From Octopus sinensis (taxonomy: Eukaryota): a stretch of DNA of 64,000 bases. Under the pieces are notes generated by a model. That model had not been told where the DNA came from. It did not search any database and saw only the letters and a program-made list of their open reading frames with translations. This document shows positions 26,281 through 39,410 of this stretch, piece by piece (position 1 is the first letter of the stretch; each line of letters starts with the position of its first letter). A program made the translations under genes and the position numbers. Location: positions 6,324,001 to 6,388,000 of the forward strand of contig NC_042998.1 of the NCBI RefSeq assembly GCF_006345805.1. The letters run 5' to 3'.

Positions 26281-26537
26281 GATGTGACATGAACATCATG
26301 AAAACCAAGATACCCCAAATGTTAATGGTCTTCCCTCACTTACTTAGTCTCTCTCTCGCTCTCTCTCTCTCTCTTTCTCATTTGCAAATTCTAAGACATT
26401 AGCATTTAAATCTGTTATGAATTTTACTAAGCAATCAGGGTAAACATCAAGAATGGTACCATAAGCATGAAATTTTTCCAATATGATAAAATGCATGTTT
26501 TTTAGGGATTTTTTTCCATATTATAATTATTATTATT

Positions 26538-26791
26538 CAGTAGTTTTATTTTTATATCGTGCTTTCACTTCACTACCGAGCACAGCTCTGTGTGCCTTGG
26601 GTATGTGCTGTGATTTGTTGTGATGCTCTGATGGTTACTGTATAGAAAGTGTTCTGCGTAGGATGTGTGCAGTGCCTAGTAGTGCAATTTTCTGTATGTT
26701 ATATGTGTTTGTAAGTCCTGGTGTTTTTGTTATGTATTTGTCTGAATATTTTTTTATCATGCCTAATGCACCTATTATGATAGGAATTGTT
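26538..26791 (-). mobile_element. 5'-truncated R4/Dong-clade non-LTR retrotransposon in (TAA)n
   Basis: Open frame 26790-26635: TIPIIIGALGMIKKYSDKYITKTPGLTNTYNIQKIALLGTAHILRRTLSIQ*, matching the RLE-clade C-terminus (IIGALG..QK.ALLGTA.ILR). About 100 nt 3' UTR; TAA repeats on both sides. Confidence 0.82.
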
Positions 26792-27036
26792 TATTATTAT
26801 TATTATTATTATATTTTCAAAACTTACTATACCTCTCTGAAATCTTTAAATGACAATATTTGTTGGTGAGAGTATTTATCGTTGCATAACCGCAAGAGGT
26901 CAGTTATTATTAAATAGCCATTAATGGTGAATGAGATCCCAGCAGTACCCACTGTCTTTCAACCAGGCATAGCATAACTAGAGCTAGAGTATCAAATTAA
27001 TGCATGGGCACAATTTTTTATGCCTTCTCCCTCTCT

Positions 27037-27068
<32 letters not shown>

Positions 27069-28750
27069 GAGGATATAACCTGGGAGAAGGACAGAGATTT
27101 GGCTACTACTATTTCTAAAAAGTCGAGTAACCACATATAGACTGGTTTTGGCAGAAACAACACCAAGTACTAGAAGCTGTGCACTAGCATCTAATGTTGT
27201 GACAAAAATGTTTACTCTTTGTCCCCATCCCCATAACAAATGCAAAAGATATTAATTTCTAGTAATCCTTTTGTCAGAAACAGTGTCAAAAAATAAGTGA
27301 GGAATACAGAATTCTGTTGTGTGGATATGATAAAAATAAAACAAAAACAAATGCTAAAGTAAAATGGTAAAAAAAAAAAATACAAAAAAAATGTTCAGAA
27401 AGACATCCTAAAAAAAAAGAATCAAAAAATAGGGAATGGTAACCTTACCTACCTACCAACCTACCAACCTACCCATTTTACCATTCCTCATTTATTTATA
27501 ATCATCCCAGTTCTTTATTCTTTCCAGAAAGCCAAAACCAGTCAAATCAAACTAGACAGCGAAATTTTAAATGAACAAAATACAATATAATAAAATGAAA
27601 AAAAAAGGGAAAAAAAAAATAACAAAACACCTCTATACAAGATAAGGAAGGGTTTCTTTTGCTTGCTTTAACATCTGTCATTTTGATTGACTGGACTTAT
27701 TGGTATAATTTTGTCTTGTCTCTTTTTTTTTCCAATTTTTTTTCCTCATTTATTTTTTTGTCAATGTATACTAAGAGAAAAAAAAATCAAGATGGAGAGA
27801 GGGAGAAAGAGAAAGTGTCTTGCATTATTTTATTTCAATTATCAGAATCCCAACAGATATGACAAATGTAGCCTGTCAGTAAAAACTGTGGTCTTCTACT
27901 TTTTTTCCCTTCACCTTTATTATAGATAACTAGGAAGGGATGGCTGGCAAGAAGAGGATACTTCCATGGGTTGTACCACTCATATTTTTATTGGAATCAG
28001 TTTATAATATGCTTGTATGACATATCCAAGGATTGTTGTGATGGTGGTGATAATGATAGTTATTTATTGTTACGTTTAAACATTTTGGGGGTATTTTTTT
28101 ACCGGTGTTTTCCATTTTGATTTGGTTTGTTTTTTGGTTTTTTTTTTTGTTTGTTTTTTTTCAACAATCTTCATTTATATAGTTTCCACAAATTAAAGTT
28201 GACACTTCAATAAAACATCTTAATTTCTTTTAAATTAATTTTGAGATAAGTAATTAAAGTCTGATTTAATAAACACCACCGCTACAACTCCTATAACCAC
28301 CACCACCACCACCAACAACAACAGCAGCAGCAGCAGCACAATCACAAATGCCATCGTCTAATCATCATCAATATTGCCATTTAACACCTGTTTTTCAATA
28401 ACCAGATTTTAGACAGTTCTTTCACATGTCACACCAAACGCACACAACATGCCAGAGCAGGAATTACGCTGGAACCCAGCAAGCGCAGATTGTTTAACTG
28501 TTGATTGAGAGACATATGTAAGTGCTACATATCTCAAATAAAAAACACTGTGTTGAACAAGATATACAAACAGGATTATCAGCCACTTATACACTCTTTT
28601 TTTATTTAACGAGGCAATAACTAATAACAGGTGATGTTTGAGGTTGGGTGCAAGAGTATATAGATCACACTGACCTCACAAATCTAGACGGTCCTACAAA
28701 CATCGTTGACACTGCTTCTTCTCATCTAACTTACAACACACACACACATA

Positions 28751-29155
28751 CTCTTTTACTCTTTTACTTGTTTCAGTCATTTGACTGCGGCCATGCTGGA
28801 GCACTGCCTTTAGTCGAGCAAATCGACCCCGGGACTTATTCTTTGGAAGCCCAGTACTTATTCTATTGGTCTCTTTTTGCCAAACCGCTAAGTGACGGGG
28901 ACGTAAACACACCAGCATCGGAGACAAACACAGGCACACAAACACACACACACACACCACACACATACATATATATATATATACATATATACGACAGGCT
29001 TCTTTCAGTTTCCATCTACCAAATCCACACACAAGGCATTGGTCGGCCCGGGGCTATAGCAGAAGACACTTGCCCAAGATGCCACGCAGTGGGACTGAAC
29101 CCGGAACCATGTGGTTGGTTAGCAAGCTACTTACCACACAGCCACTCATGCGCCT
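28751..29155 (-). mobile_element. SINE-E
   Basis: Full head and tail. Confidence 0.9.
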
Positions 29156-30082
29156 ATACACACAATATTTAATTTGGTCAGCTGAAACCAATGCTGGCAA
29201 TACTTCTTTTTTCTTTCTTTGTCTCTCTCGCTTTTATTTTTTATCTTTTTTTTTTCTTTTTGTTAAACCTTGTGATTCTTCAGTCTACCATGTTGCAAAA
29301 AGGTTTATGATAAAAGTGAATGATATTACAAGTGCCAAGCTGGCCGAACAGTTGGTAGGCTGGGCAAAATGCTTACCAGCATTTTTGTCCACAACATTCC
29401 GAGTTCAAATACTGATGGTCATAGGCACAAACAGTTGAGCATTGGTGGTCAGTGGAATTGACTTACACCCTCCCCACAAAATCCTGACCACCCTTAATGT
29501 TTGTTTATTAGTTATCTTAACCACTTAGTCAAAGGAGGATCGTTTTTCTCTCTCTAACTTTTCCCATCCTCCAGACTCTGAAGTAGAAAGAGAGTAAGTT
29601 ATCCTAAAACCACAGACCTAGGCTAATTGTTTACACCAAAGTAAATTCTTCTAAAACCACCCAGACATCATGTGGTAGCCGTTAAGACAAGCAATGGAAT
29701 AAGTCTGCATTAAAAGAACATAAAAGACCGGAACAGATGCCATAAGATATTTTGTCCGCTGCTCTAACAACTCTGCCAATCCAACACCAGGCACTGCTAC
29801 AATCCTTTTATCATCTCCAAAGATGAAAGGCAAAGTCGACCTCAGCTGAATTTGAATCCAAGCACACAAAGTCCGATCAAATATTACGGAGAATTTTGTC
29901 CAAAACTAATATAAGAAACTTGGAAACTCCTATTTCATGAGTAAGAAATATAAACTGAGCAGAGAAGGACAAAAAAAAAAATAAATAATTAATTATTGAA
30001 ATATATTTATCTTGAGTGCAATTATTCACAGTGCTAGCAGTGGCTTTATTTATTTATTTATCTATTTATTTTATTCATTTAA

Positions 30083-30336
30083 CCGTGCCGGTGGCACGTT
30101 AAAAGCTCCAACCGATCGTGGCCGATGCCGGATCCCCCCGGCACCTGTGCAGGTGGCACATAAAAAGCACCCACTGCACTCGTGGCGCTGTTGGCGTTAG
30201 GAAGGGCATCCAGCTGTAGAAACACTGCCAGATCAGACTGGAGCCTGGTGCAGCCCCAGGCTTCCCAGACCCCGGTCGAACCGTCCAACCCGTGCTACCA
30301 CGGAAAACGGACGTTAAACGATGATGATGATGATGA
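30083..30336 (+). mobile_element. Family G element
   Basis: Same motifs. Confidence 0.82.
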
Positions 30337-30619
30337 TTTTGCTTTAAGTACAATATCTTCAATGAAACTGAAGATACAAAACTTATAAAATACATAGACA
30401 TAGACAACACAAGTGAACACACACACACACATATATATATATATATCTATATATATATATATATATTTCGACAGTTTAGAAAATATGATTTAAAAAGGAT
30501 GAAAAAATAATAAATTTTTGTTAAATCAACTGAAATGTTGATGATAGAGAAAGAGAATTACGATAGAAGAAGAGAAGGATGGAGATATTCGGAAAGAGAA
30601 GGAAAAATGATAGTACTGA

Positions 30620-30629
30620 TGGTGGTAGC

Positions 30630-30665
<36 letters not shown>

Positions 30666-30686
30666 ATGATGATGATGATGATGGTA

Positions 30687-30719
<33 letters not shown>

Positions 30720-30722
30720 GTA

Positions 30723-30767
<45 letters not shown>

Positions 30768-30845
30768 GTGGTGGTGAGTGGTAGTAGTTGCAGTGGTGAT
30801 GGTAGCAACAATGAGGATTGGTGATGATGATGATGATGATGATGA
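30620..30845. repeat. (GAT)n/(GGT)n microsatellite
   Basis: Direct reading. Confidence 0.97.
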
Positions 30846-32187
30846 GAAGGAGGACAACAATGAAACAGTGGTAACTGCAAGTAACAAAGTATGAGTGCCA
30901 TAACTCATTTCTTAGCATTTTCTTCTTTATTTCTTATTTTTGCAAAGGTAAAAAAAAACAAAAAAAAAAATATATATAAAAAAAAAACATTCTCATTCTC
31001 AGGATGAATGGAAGAATGTTGCAATTAGAATTTTGCCACTGAATATTTTTCTATTTTTTTTTTCGATTTCCTTCTTCTTTTGAGAAGCAGTTGGAAATTG
31101 CTTTCATTAAATATTCATGCATATGTGAGTGTTTGTATGGTGAGATTTATGTATTCTAAGCAAATTATTCTAGTGTTTCAAATATCAACTATTTCTCTGT
31201 ACCCTTTTGTATTCATCACATCACATTTTCAAAGCAAATGCTAAAATAACAGTTACAAAACATAAGTTTAAGCTTCCCCAAAATTTTAGATAGCTCATTT
31301 AAATGTTAAATTATTTTGATTATTTTTAATTCCATTCCAACATTATATTTGATTTTACATTCATCGGCAGGTACAAATAAATTGCAACAGATGTTAGCAT
31401 TTACATGTTAATGAAATGATCAAAATAAAAATTTTAATTTAAACAAAACAAACAAAAAAAAAAAGGATGAAAATATCAGAATTAAAGGGCAGTTATAATG
31501 ATTGCTTTGTAATTGTGCAGGTAAATTCATGACAAACAGGTGCGTTGAAGAGCTTAATTTTTGATCAGCAGACAAAATAAAATCATACAATTAAAACTTG
31601 TGTACAACATCAATCGTGTGATTACTATAGCTGTATTTAGATAATTCAGCAAGCACAGCACTGTCTCTATTGTTTGCAAACATTGGAAATATGAATGCTT
31701 CCCAATACTATTACAGACAAATACATCTCGCTCTTAGCCATGACCTTTCTACAAATAATTACAACAACAATTGACTAACACATCACTATTGACACAAAAT
31801 GTCACCACACACTACAATTACTTTCTTGTTCTTGTTACTGTTGTTGTTGTGTAGCTCTAGATTGGCTCTGATCGAGCAAACCAAAGATGTTCCAGCCATA
31901 ACCATCTTATCCTTTTTTTTTTATTTTTCATTTTACGACGACAGAGGGTAATTTGTGCAATATTTGGCTCCTATTTCAAGCAACCACTAAGATGGTCCCA
32001 CACTGGCTTACATGCTACATGTTTCCCCACTGTGTTATGTACATGCTCCATCACTGGTTCACCTGTTACATGTTTGTTCACTAGACTTATTTACTAGATG
32101 TTCCCTTACTGTCTTGTATGCTACATGTTCCTTCACTGACTCAAATATTACATGTTAGCTCCACCCCAGACTGGTATACAACATAGT

Positions 32188-32570
32188 GGAGGTGCAATGG
32201 CCCAGTGGTTAGGGCAGCGGACTCGCGGTCATAGGATCGTGGTTTCGATTCCCAGACCGGGCGTTGTGAGTGTTTCTTGAGCGAAAACACCTAAAAGCTC
32301 CACGAGGCTCCGGCAGGGGGTGGTGGTGATCCCTGCTGTACTCTTTCACCACAACTTTTTCTCACTCTTACTTCCTGTTTCTGCTGTACCTGTATTTCAA
32401 AGGGCCGGCCTTGTCATTCTCTGTGTCACGCTGAATATCCCCGAGAACTACGTTAAGGGTACACGTGTCTGTGGAGTGCTCAGCCACTTACACGTTAATT
32501 TCACGAGCAGGCTGTTCCGTTGATTCAGATCAACCGGAACCCTCACCGTCGTAACCGACGGAGTGCTTCC
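32188..32570 (+). mobile_element. tRNA-headed SINE-A
   Basis: Head tggcccagtggttagg..gtttcgattccc; near-identical to the 51730 copy. Confidence 0.88.
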
Positions 32571-32734
32571 ATCCATACGACATATACCCACACTGTCTTA
32601 TATACTAAATGTTTCATCACTCGCTCATTTCTTACATCTTTGCTCACTGGGTTTATTTACTACATATACACTCATGCCACCTGCCACCACTGCTTCATTT
32701 GCTAAATTATTCTAACTAGCTTCTATACCACATG

Positions 32735-33035
32735 TTCACTCACTGGATTGTCGTTTCCAGTGCCGCTGGACTGGTTCCTGCGCAGATGGCACGTAAAAAA
32801 CACCATTTGAGTGTGGCCGTTGCCAGTACCGCCTGACTGGCCCTCGTGCCGGTGGTACGTAAAAGCACCCACTACACTCTCAGAGTGGTTGGCATTAGGA
32901 AGGGCATCCAGCTGTAGAAACTGCCAGATCAGATTGGAGCTTGGTGCAGCCATCTGGTTCGCCGGTCCTCAGTAAAATCGTCCAACCAATGCCAGCATGG
33001 AAAGCAGACGTTAAACAATGATGATGATAATGATG
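32735..33035 (+). mobile_element. Family G element
   Basis: Same motifs. Confidence 0.8.
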
Positions 33036-33753
33036 ACCTTCAATGGCTTGTATACCACACATTCTCTCATTGGCTCATATACTACATATTCTATAACTGA
33101 GTCATATTGCCAAAGAACTGTGTAGTCTTTGGAAGAAGTCTTGTCCAAAAGAATGCAAAGCTACAAAAATGTACTTTCATTTGAGGCTAAAAAGCCTGTT
33201 GGTCATCTTACCCCTAGGAATCATAATTACTGGTCTTGAAACCCAAAGTAGTCAGATGAAAGACAATGACTAGTCTTGCATGAGTAAAGAGCCCCATGGC
33301 TGAGAGGAAATTGTGAGCGTATTTTCAAAGAAAGAAACAAACTGGTGAATGGTGTGTGGCCAGGTCTCCAGATGAGGGACTATAATGGATGACTGGTAAT
33401 AATCAATGTGAAATGCATTGAGAGATTTCATTAGTGACTCCTAGTACTTTTTCCATCTGTGCCCGTCTCACAATGAGGTTAGTGAAGAATTTGCTATGCT
33501 GCACAATCTTGAGCAGGCTACGATCCTGCATCCTGGAAACACACACTACCCAATGCCTTATGGGTCTTGAATAGTATGACTTTGATGCTGGTGACATCTG
33601 CCAGTTCAAGGACTTCTGGGTAACTTATATATGTAAAAAAAGTTGATATTTGATTGATGAACACAGTTCTCACCATTACAACAATTATAAATGAAACCTA
33701 AACCAGAAAAACAAAAGAACAAATGTAATGCTGATTGCTTCAAGCATTCATTA

Positions 33754-34144
33754 TTCTTTTATTGGTTTCAGTCATTTGACTGTGGCCATGCTGCAGCACT
33801 GCCTTTAGTCAAACAAATCAACCCTGGGACATGGTCTGTGTAAGCCTAGTACATATTCTATAGGTCTCTTTCGGCGAACTGCAAAGTTATGAGGTCATAA
33901 ACACACCAACATCAGTTGTCAAGCAATGGTGGGGGGACAAACAGACACACACACACATATATACATATATTTATATATATATATGAAGGGTTTCTTTCAG
34001 TTTCTGTCTACCAAATCCACTCATAAGGCTTTGGTTGGCTCAAGGCTATAGTAGAAGACACTTGCCCAAAGTGCCACGCAGAGGGACTGAACCTGGAACC
34101 ATGTGGTTGGAAAGCAAGCTTCTTACCACACAGCCATGCCTGCA
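33754..34144 (-). mobile_element. SINE-E, diverged, starting about 40 nt after the DDX49 donor
   Basis: Similarity to the other E copies. Confidence 0.82.
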
Positions 34145-34182
34145 CTTAAATATGAAACTATAGGAAAAGAAAGGGAACTTAC

Positions 34183-34268
34183 TGATGCCTCCAGTGATGA
34201 CTGTAACACGAACATTAATAGGTTTGCCAAACACTTCAAACTGTTCTCCAATCTGATAAGCCAGCTCC
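34183..34268 (-). CDS. DDX49: DDX49/DBP8 DEAD-box helicase internal exon: (R)ELAYQIGEQFEVFGKPINVRVTVITGGI
   Basis: Matches the motif Ia-GG segment of DDX49 (human, from memory: [29 protein letters not shown]). Acceptor ttctacag, donor A/gtaagt; 86 nt, phase 2 in, phase 1 out. Confidence 0.92.
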
Positions 34269-34288
34269 CTGTAGAACACAAAGAAAAT

Positions 34289-34460
34289 AATAATATAATA
34301 ATAATAATAATAATAATAAAAATAACAATAATAATAATAATAACAATAATAATAATAATAATAATAAAAATAACAATAATAATAATAACAATAACAATAA
34401 TAATAACAATAATAATAATATAATAATAATAACAATAATAATAATAACAATAACAATAAC

Positions 34461-34501
<41 letters not shown>

Positions 34502-34505
34502 TAAC

Positions 34506-34537
<32 letters not shown>

Positions 34538-34622
34538 TAACAATAACAATAATAATAATAAAAATAATAATAATAACAATAACAATAATAATAATAATAA
34601 TAATGAAAATAACAATAATAAC
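34289..34622. repeat. (AAT)n/(AAC) microsatellite
   Basis: Direct reading. Confidence 0.98.
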
Positions 34623-34836
34623 GGTTTCAAATTTTGGTACAAGACCAGCAGTTTTAGGGAAGGGGGTAAGTTGAATACACTGGGCCCACTGCTCAACTGG
34701 TATTTATTTTATTAACCCTGAAAATATGAAAGGCAAAGTCGGCCCTGGCAGTATTTGAACTTAGAACATAAAGAAGGATAAAATGCCACAAAGCATTTTG
34801 CCCAGCATGCTAACAATTCTGCCAGCTTACCCGCTT
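34623..34836 (-). mobile_element. Diverged F-related SINE whose tail runs into the long AAT tract
   Basis: F-like head (gaaaggcaaagtc, ttgaact); 3' end continuous with 34289-34622. Confidence 0.65.
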
Positions 34837-35480
34837 CATAATAATAATAATAACTGGTACATCACACATATTGAGAAGAGCATTGTCGATGTGAGAACTA
34901 CTACTACCTATGTATTTTAACTTTATTTCTATTAAAAAAAAAAAAATGAACGAACTAGTGAGTTTAGTTTAATGGCCTACCAATGTATACTATGAGTTTC
35001 TTTGCCCTAGGAGTCGGGAAGACACTCGGCAAGAAATGGAAGCAAATTTGAAAGAAGAAGAAAAAAAAGATAACAATAATAATAATAATTACGTTGAAAA
35101 ATACCGGTGCATACATGTTATTATTCTTAAGTTATTACACCTTGAAAAGTACAGAACAAATAATAAATATTTATTACAATACAGTGTATTCTGTGAATAT
35201 GAGGTAGATTTTTGCAAGCTACCTAAACACTGAATTGAATGAAACACTTAGCAATATTGGTTCCCAATTTTGGCAGAAATCCATCAAATCCAGACAAGGG
35301 AGGGAAGTTGATTACATCAACCTCAGTATTCAGCTGATACTCATTTTATCGAGTACTGTAAAGATAAAAGGCAAAGATGAGCTTGGTGGAATTTGAACTC
35401 AGAATGTAGAGACAGACAAAATGCCGTGAACCTTTCACCCTCCACGTTAACAACTCTACCAGCTTGTCATCTTAGTACTA

Positions 35481-36112
35481 TTTTACTTGTTTCAGTCATT
35501 TGACTGCGGCCATGCTGGAGCACCGCCTATAGTCGAGTAACTCGACCCCAGGACTTATTCTTTTTGTAAGGCGGCGAGCTGGCAGAATCGTTAGCACGCC
35601 GGGCGAAATGCGTAGCCGTATTTCGTCTGCCGTTTACGTTCTGGGTTCAAATTCCGCCGAGGTCCACTTTGCCTTTCATCCTTTCGGGGGTCGATAAATT
35701 AAGTACCAATTACGTACTGGGGTCGATGTAATCGACTTAATCCATTTGTCTGTCCTTGTTTGTCCCCTCTGTGTTTAGCCCCTTGTGGGTAGTAAAGAGA
35801 TATATTCTTTTTGTAAGCCCAGTACTTATTCTATCGGTCTCTTTTTGCCGAACCGTTAAGTGACGGGGACATAAACACACCAGCATCGGTTCTCAAGCAA
35901 TGCTAGGGGGACAAACACAGACACACTAACAAACACACATACATATATATATATATACATATATACGACAGGCTTCTTTCAGTTTCCGTCTACCAAATCC
36001 ACTCACAAGGCATTGGTCGGCCCGGGGCTACAGCAGAAGACACTTGCCCAAGATGCCACGCAGTGGGACTGAACCCGGAACCATGTGGTTGGTTAGCAAG
36101 CTACTTACCACA
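35481..36112 (-). mobile_element. SINE-E interrupted by SINE-F
   Basis: Body resumes at 35803 after the F insertion. Confidence 0.9.
35571..35802 (+). mobile_element. SINE-F
   Basis: Perfect 15 bp TSD tattctttttgtaag at 35556-70 and 35803-17. Confidence 0.93.
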
Positions 36113-37336
36113 AGTAATAATATTACTTGAAAACTGTTTTACGTACTTTTGGCACATGCAGCTTATATAATAACTTACTACATTTTGAATATTTTTTGGA
36201 AAAGATTAGCACCACGATACTCGTCTTGATGAGTTCTATCATATGAGCTAAACAAAAACAAAATGTTTAGGTTTTAGGCATTACCACTGTTTCTGGCATA
36301 TTTGGCCCCGGTAGTTTTTTATTTAAAATTTTTTTGATATATTTAGCATCATGGGATTCCTATAGTCGAGATGTATCAGAAAAGTTAAGTTTCAGCATAG
36401 TTTTGAAAGAAGAATAATATTTGGAGTCAAAGTCGATTTCAGGTGTTAATCTTCTTTTTTTTTTCACCAGTTTTTGCCTCAGTACTTTTTTCTACTGAAT
36501 ATTTTTACATATAACATGGATTGATTCCTGTCATCAAGATCTATCATATAAGCAAAAATAAAGTATAGATTTATTGAAAAAAAAAAAAAAAAATTGGGAT
36601 TCAAAGTCAATTTCAGGTGTTAATCTCCTGTTTATGCCCTCACATATTGGACTCAAACATTTTTTCTACTGAACCAATTTTCAAATTGTTTAGCTCAAAA
36701 TGTAGCTTATGTGATCAATCTAAAAATTTAAATATCATCTAATTTGGTTCAGAACTGAGTTAGTGACAAAGCCTAGAAGTGGTCATGAGTGAATAAATGT
36801 TGACCTCAATATGGCCCATGGTCAGAAATTTGGGTTGGTGAGTGGGTTAGTCAATTACATCAACCAATACTGACTTTCTCAAAGATAAAAAAAAACAACA
36901 TAAGATCAGTCGTCAATGGTAACAATGATAATAATAATGGTTTCAAATTTTGGCACAAGGCCAGGAATTTGGGGTAGGGAGTTAAATCATTTACTGGTAC
37001 ATTTATTCTAATGACCCAGAAAGGATAAAAAGCTAAGTCAACCTTAGAATGATGATAAGAAGAATGAGATACAATCTTGCATACAAAATATAGAAGTATT
37101 TTTTAAGAAAAAACCCAAAAGCAATTTTTTAATTTCCAAAATGAACCAATTTCTTTAGAATTAAATTTTTCAGAAAAAAGCATTGGTTAATAGCTTTAGT
37201 AGAAGCACTGGATCTTTTCCTTTTGAATGGCAAATCGAGAAATTAATTTTTTGTAACTAAACACTTTCAAACTTCGGACACTGGAAGAATGTGTCATATA
37301 AAACATCTTTTACTCTAAGTGTTTCTTTCTTTCTTT

Positions 37337-37522
37337 CTTTTACTTGTTTCAGTCATTTGACTGCGGCCATGCTGGAGCACCGCCTATAATCGAGCAACTC
37401 AACCCCGGGACTTATTCTTTTGTAAGCCCAGTACTTATTCTATCGGTCTCTTTTGCCGAACCGCTAGGTTACAGGGAGGTAAACAGGGTGACAAACACAG
37501 ACACACAAACAAACACGCATAC

Positions 37523-37553
<31 letters not shown>

Positions 37554-37719
37554 TACGACAGGCTTCTTTCAGTTTCCGTCTACCAAATCCACTCACAAGA
37601 CATTGGTCGGCCCGAGGCTATAGCAGAAGACACTTCCCCAAGATGCCACGCAGTGGGACTGAACCCGAAACCATGTGGTTGGTTAGCAAGCTACTTACCA
37701 CACAGCCACTCCTGCGCCT
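37337..37719 (-). mobile_element. SINE-E
   Basis: Full head and tail. Confidence 0.9.
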
Positions 37720-37886
37720 GTTGTTGAGAAAAGTTTATATTTTCAAAGTTATTTCGTGTTAAAGTTGTCGTATTTCGGTAATTTCAACCAATCAATGATG
37801 TGTATTCAGCTGAATAAAATTACTGCTGTTCTTTGTCAACGACAACTTCCGGTGGTGTATATTCCGTTTGTCACTGTTAAAGATCC

Positions 37887-38058
37887 GAAGCACCGCCTTT
37901 AATCGAGCAACTCGACCCCGGGACTTATTCTTTTCTAAGTCCAGTACTTATTCTATCGATCTCTTTTGCCAAATCACTAAGTAACGGGGACATAAACACA
38001 CCAGCATCGGTTGTCAAGCAATGCTAGGGGGACAAACACAGACACACAAACACACACA

Positions 38059-38099
<41 letters not shown>

Positions 38100-38258
38100 G
38101 GCTTCTTTCAGTTTCCGTCTACCAAATCCACTCACACGGTTTTGGTCGGCCCGAGGCTATAGTAGAAGACACTTGCCCATGGTGCCACGCAGTGGGACTG
38201 AACCCGGAACCATGTGGTTGGTAAACAAGCTACTTACCACACAGCCACTCCTGCGCCT
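37887..38258 (-). mobile_element. SINE-E, tail missing
   Basis: Similarity to the other E copies. Confidence 0.88.
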
Positions 38259-38623
38259 GTATGTTTCACTTTCTTTTCAAAATAATTCAGAATTTCATAA
38301 TTTAATTGATTCAAAGCACGAGACAATGTGAGGGTGAAATATTTCAACCAATGAAGGTCATTGGCAAATATCACTAGATGCTGAACAGATAAACACACAA
38401 CAAACTGTTAACAGCCAGTTCAGTTAGTGAAGAACTGATAGGATCTATAGTTGTAATATACACAGCTGAGATATTTCAAGTAGCAAAAGACCACTGGAAC
38501 TAAAACCCAGTCCACGCCTCTTTGCTCAATCGAGATGTCTGGCATGGAAGCATTGTACTGACCCAGGCTATTCAACCGACTGGATGTAAGATGATAATTT
38601 ACATGATCAGTAATTAGGTACAT

Positions 38624-38944
38624 GGTTCAGTGGTTAGAGCATCAGGCTTATAATCATGGGGTTGAGAGTTCGGTTCCCACTGGGCTGTGTGTTGTGCTCT
38701 TGGACAAGATACATTTCCTCATATTGCTCCAGCTCACTCAGCTGTAGAAATGAGCTGCAACATTACTGATGCCAAACTGAATCAGCCTTTGCCTTTCCCT
38801 TGGACAACATCACTGGCATGAAGAGGAGAGGCTGATAAGCATGGGTGATGGCTGGTCTTCCACAAACAACCTGGCACAGGCTTGTGCCTCAGAGGGAAAC
38901 TTTCTACATGAAATCCCATGGTCATTCATGAGTGAAGGTAGTCT
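38624..38944 (+). mobile_element. tRNA-headed SINE-H
   Basis: tRNA-like head, D-like middle, H tail. Confidence 0.72.
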
Positions 38945-39410
38945 TTAATTAAGAATTTGGAAGAACTCAGTAAAATAACAACAACCTTTTACTAAAGCTA
39001 GTCTCTAGAACTTAACTTAAAGGTTTCTGGTATAAAATTATAAGAGATGATGTAATTTTGATATGAACATTTTAAATGATGTTATATAAACCAGAAAATG
39101 TCTCAAGCAGTTTAGCATTGAAAGAGTAAAGAAGCATTTCTGAAGTCCTTATATTGTTTGAAAAACAGGAAAAAAATATTACAACATGAAGTAGCATATA
39201 CATAGAAAAGTCAATGACTATTGACCCATGTATAAAAACAAGCAATTTCAGATAAGATTCTAAACACCGTTAATGACCTGTAGGGACACTTATTTTGTTA
39301 TTCAACCATAATATACTACAAATTATGTTAAACGTTTTTATAAGTCAATACTGTGTTCTACTGTGTTAGCAGTGCTATTACAACAGGTATTAAGGTTATC
39401 TCCCTTTTAT

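Noticed and set aside
28405-28516. Plus-strand exon ending in AT/gtaagt
   Set aside because: All three frames contain stops before the donor; at most a non-coding exon, and unsupported.
30521-30918. Poly-His/Ser/Ile/Asp/Met ORFs
   Set aside because: Translations of a (GAT)n microsatellite, open in several frames; no coding evidence.
32188-32265. tRNA gene-like sequences (also 2310, 3255, 7894, 8132, 50970, 51730)
   Set aside because: These are SINE heads with A/B boxes, no complete cloverleaf, and SINE bodies attached.
34046-34696. 216 aa ORF as a protein
   Set aside because: Mostly the (AAT)n tract and SINE sequence; only 34183-34268 is a real exon.
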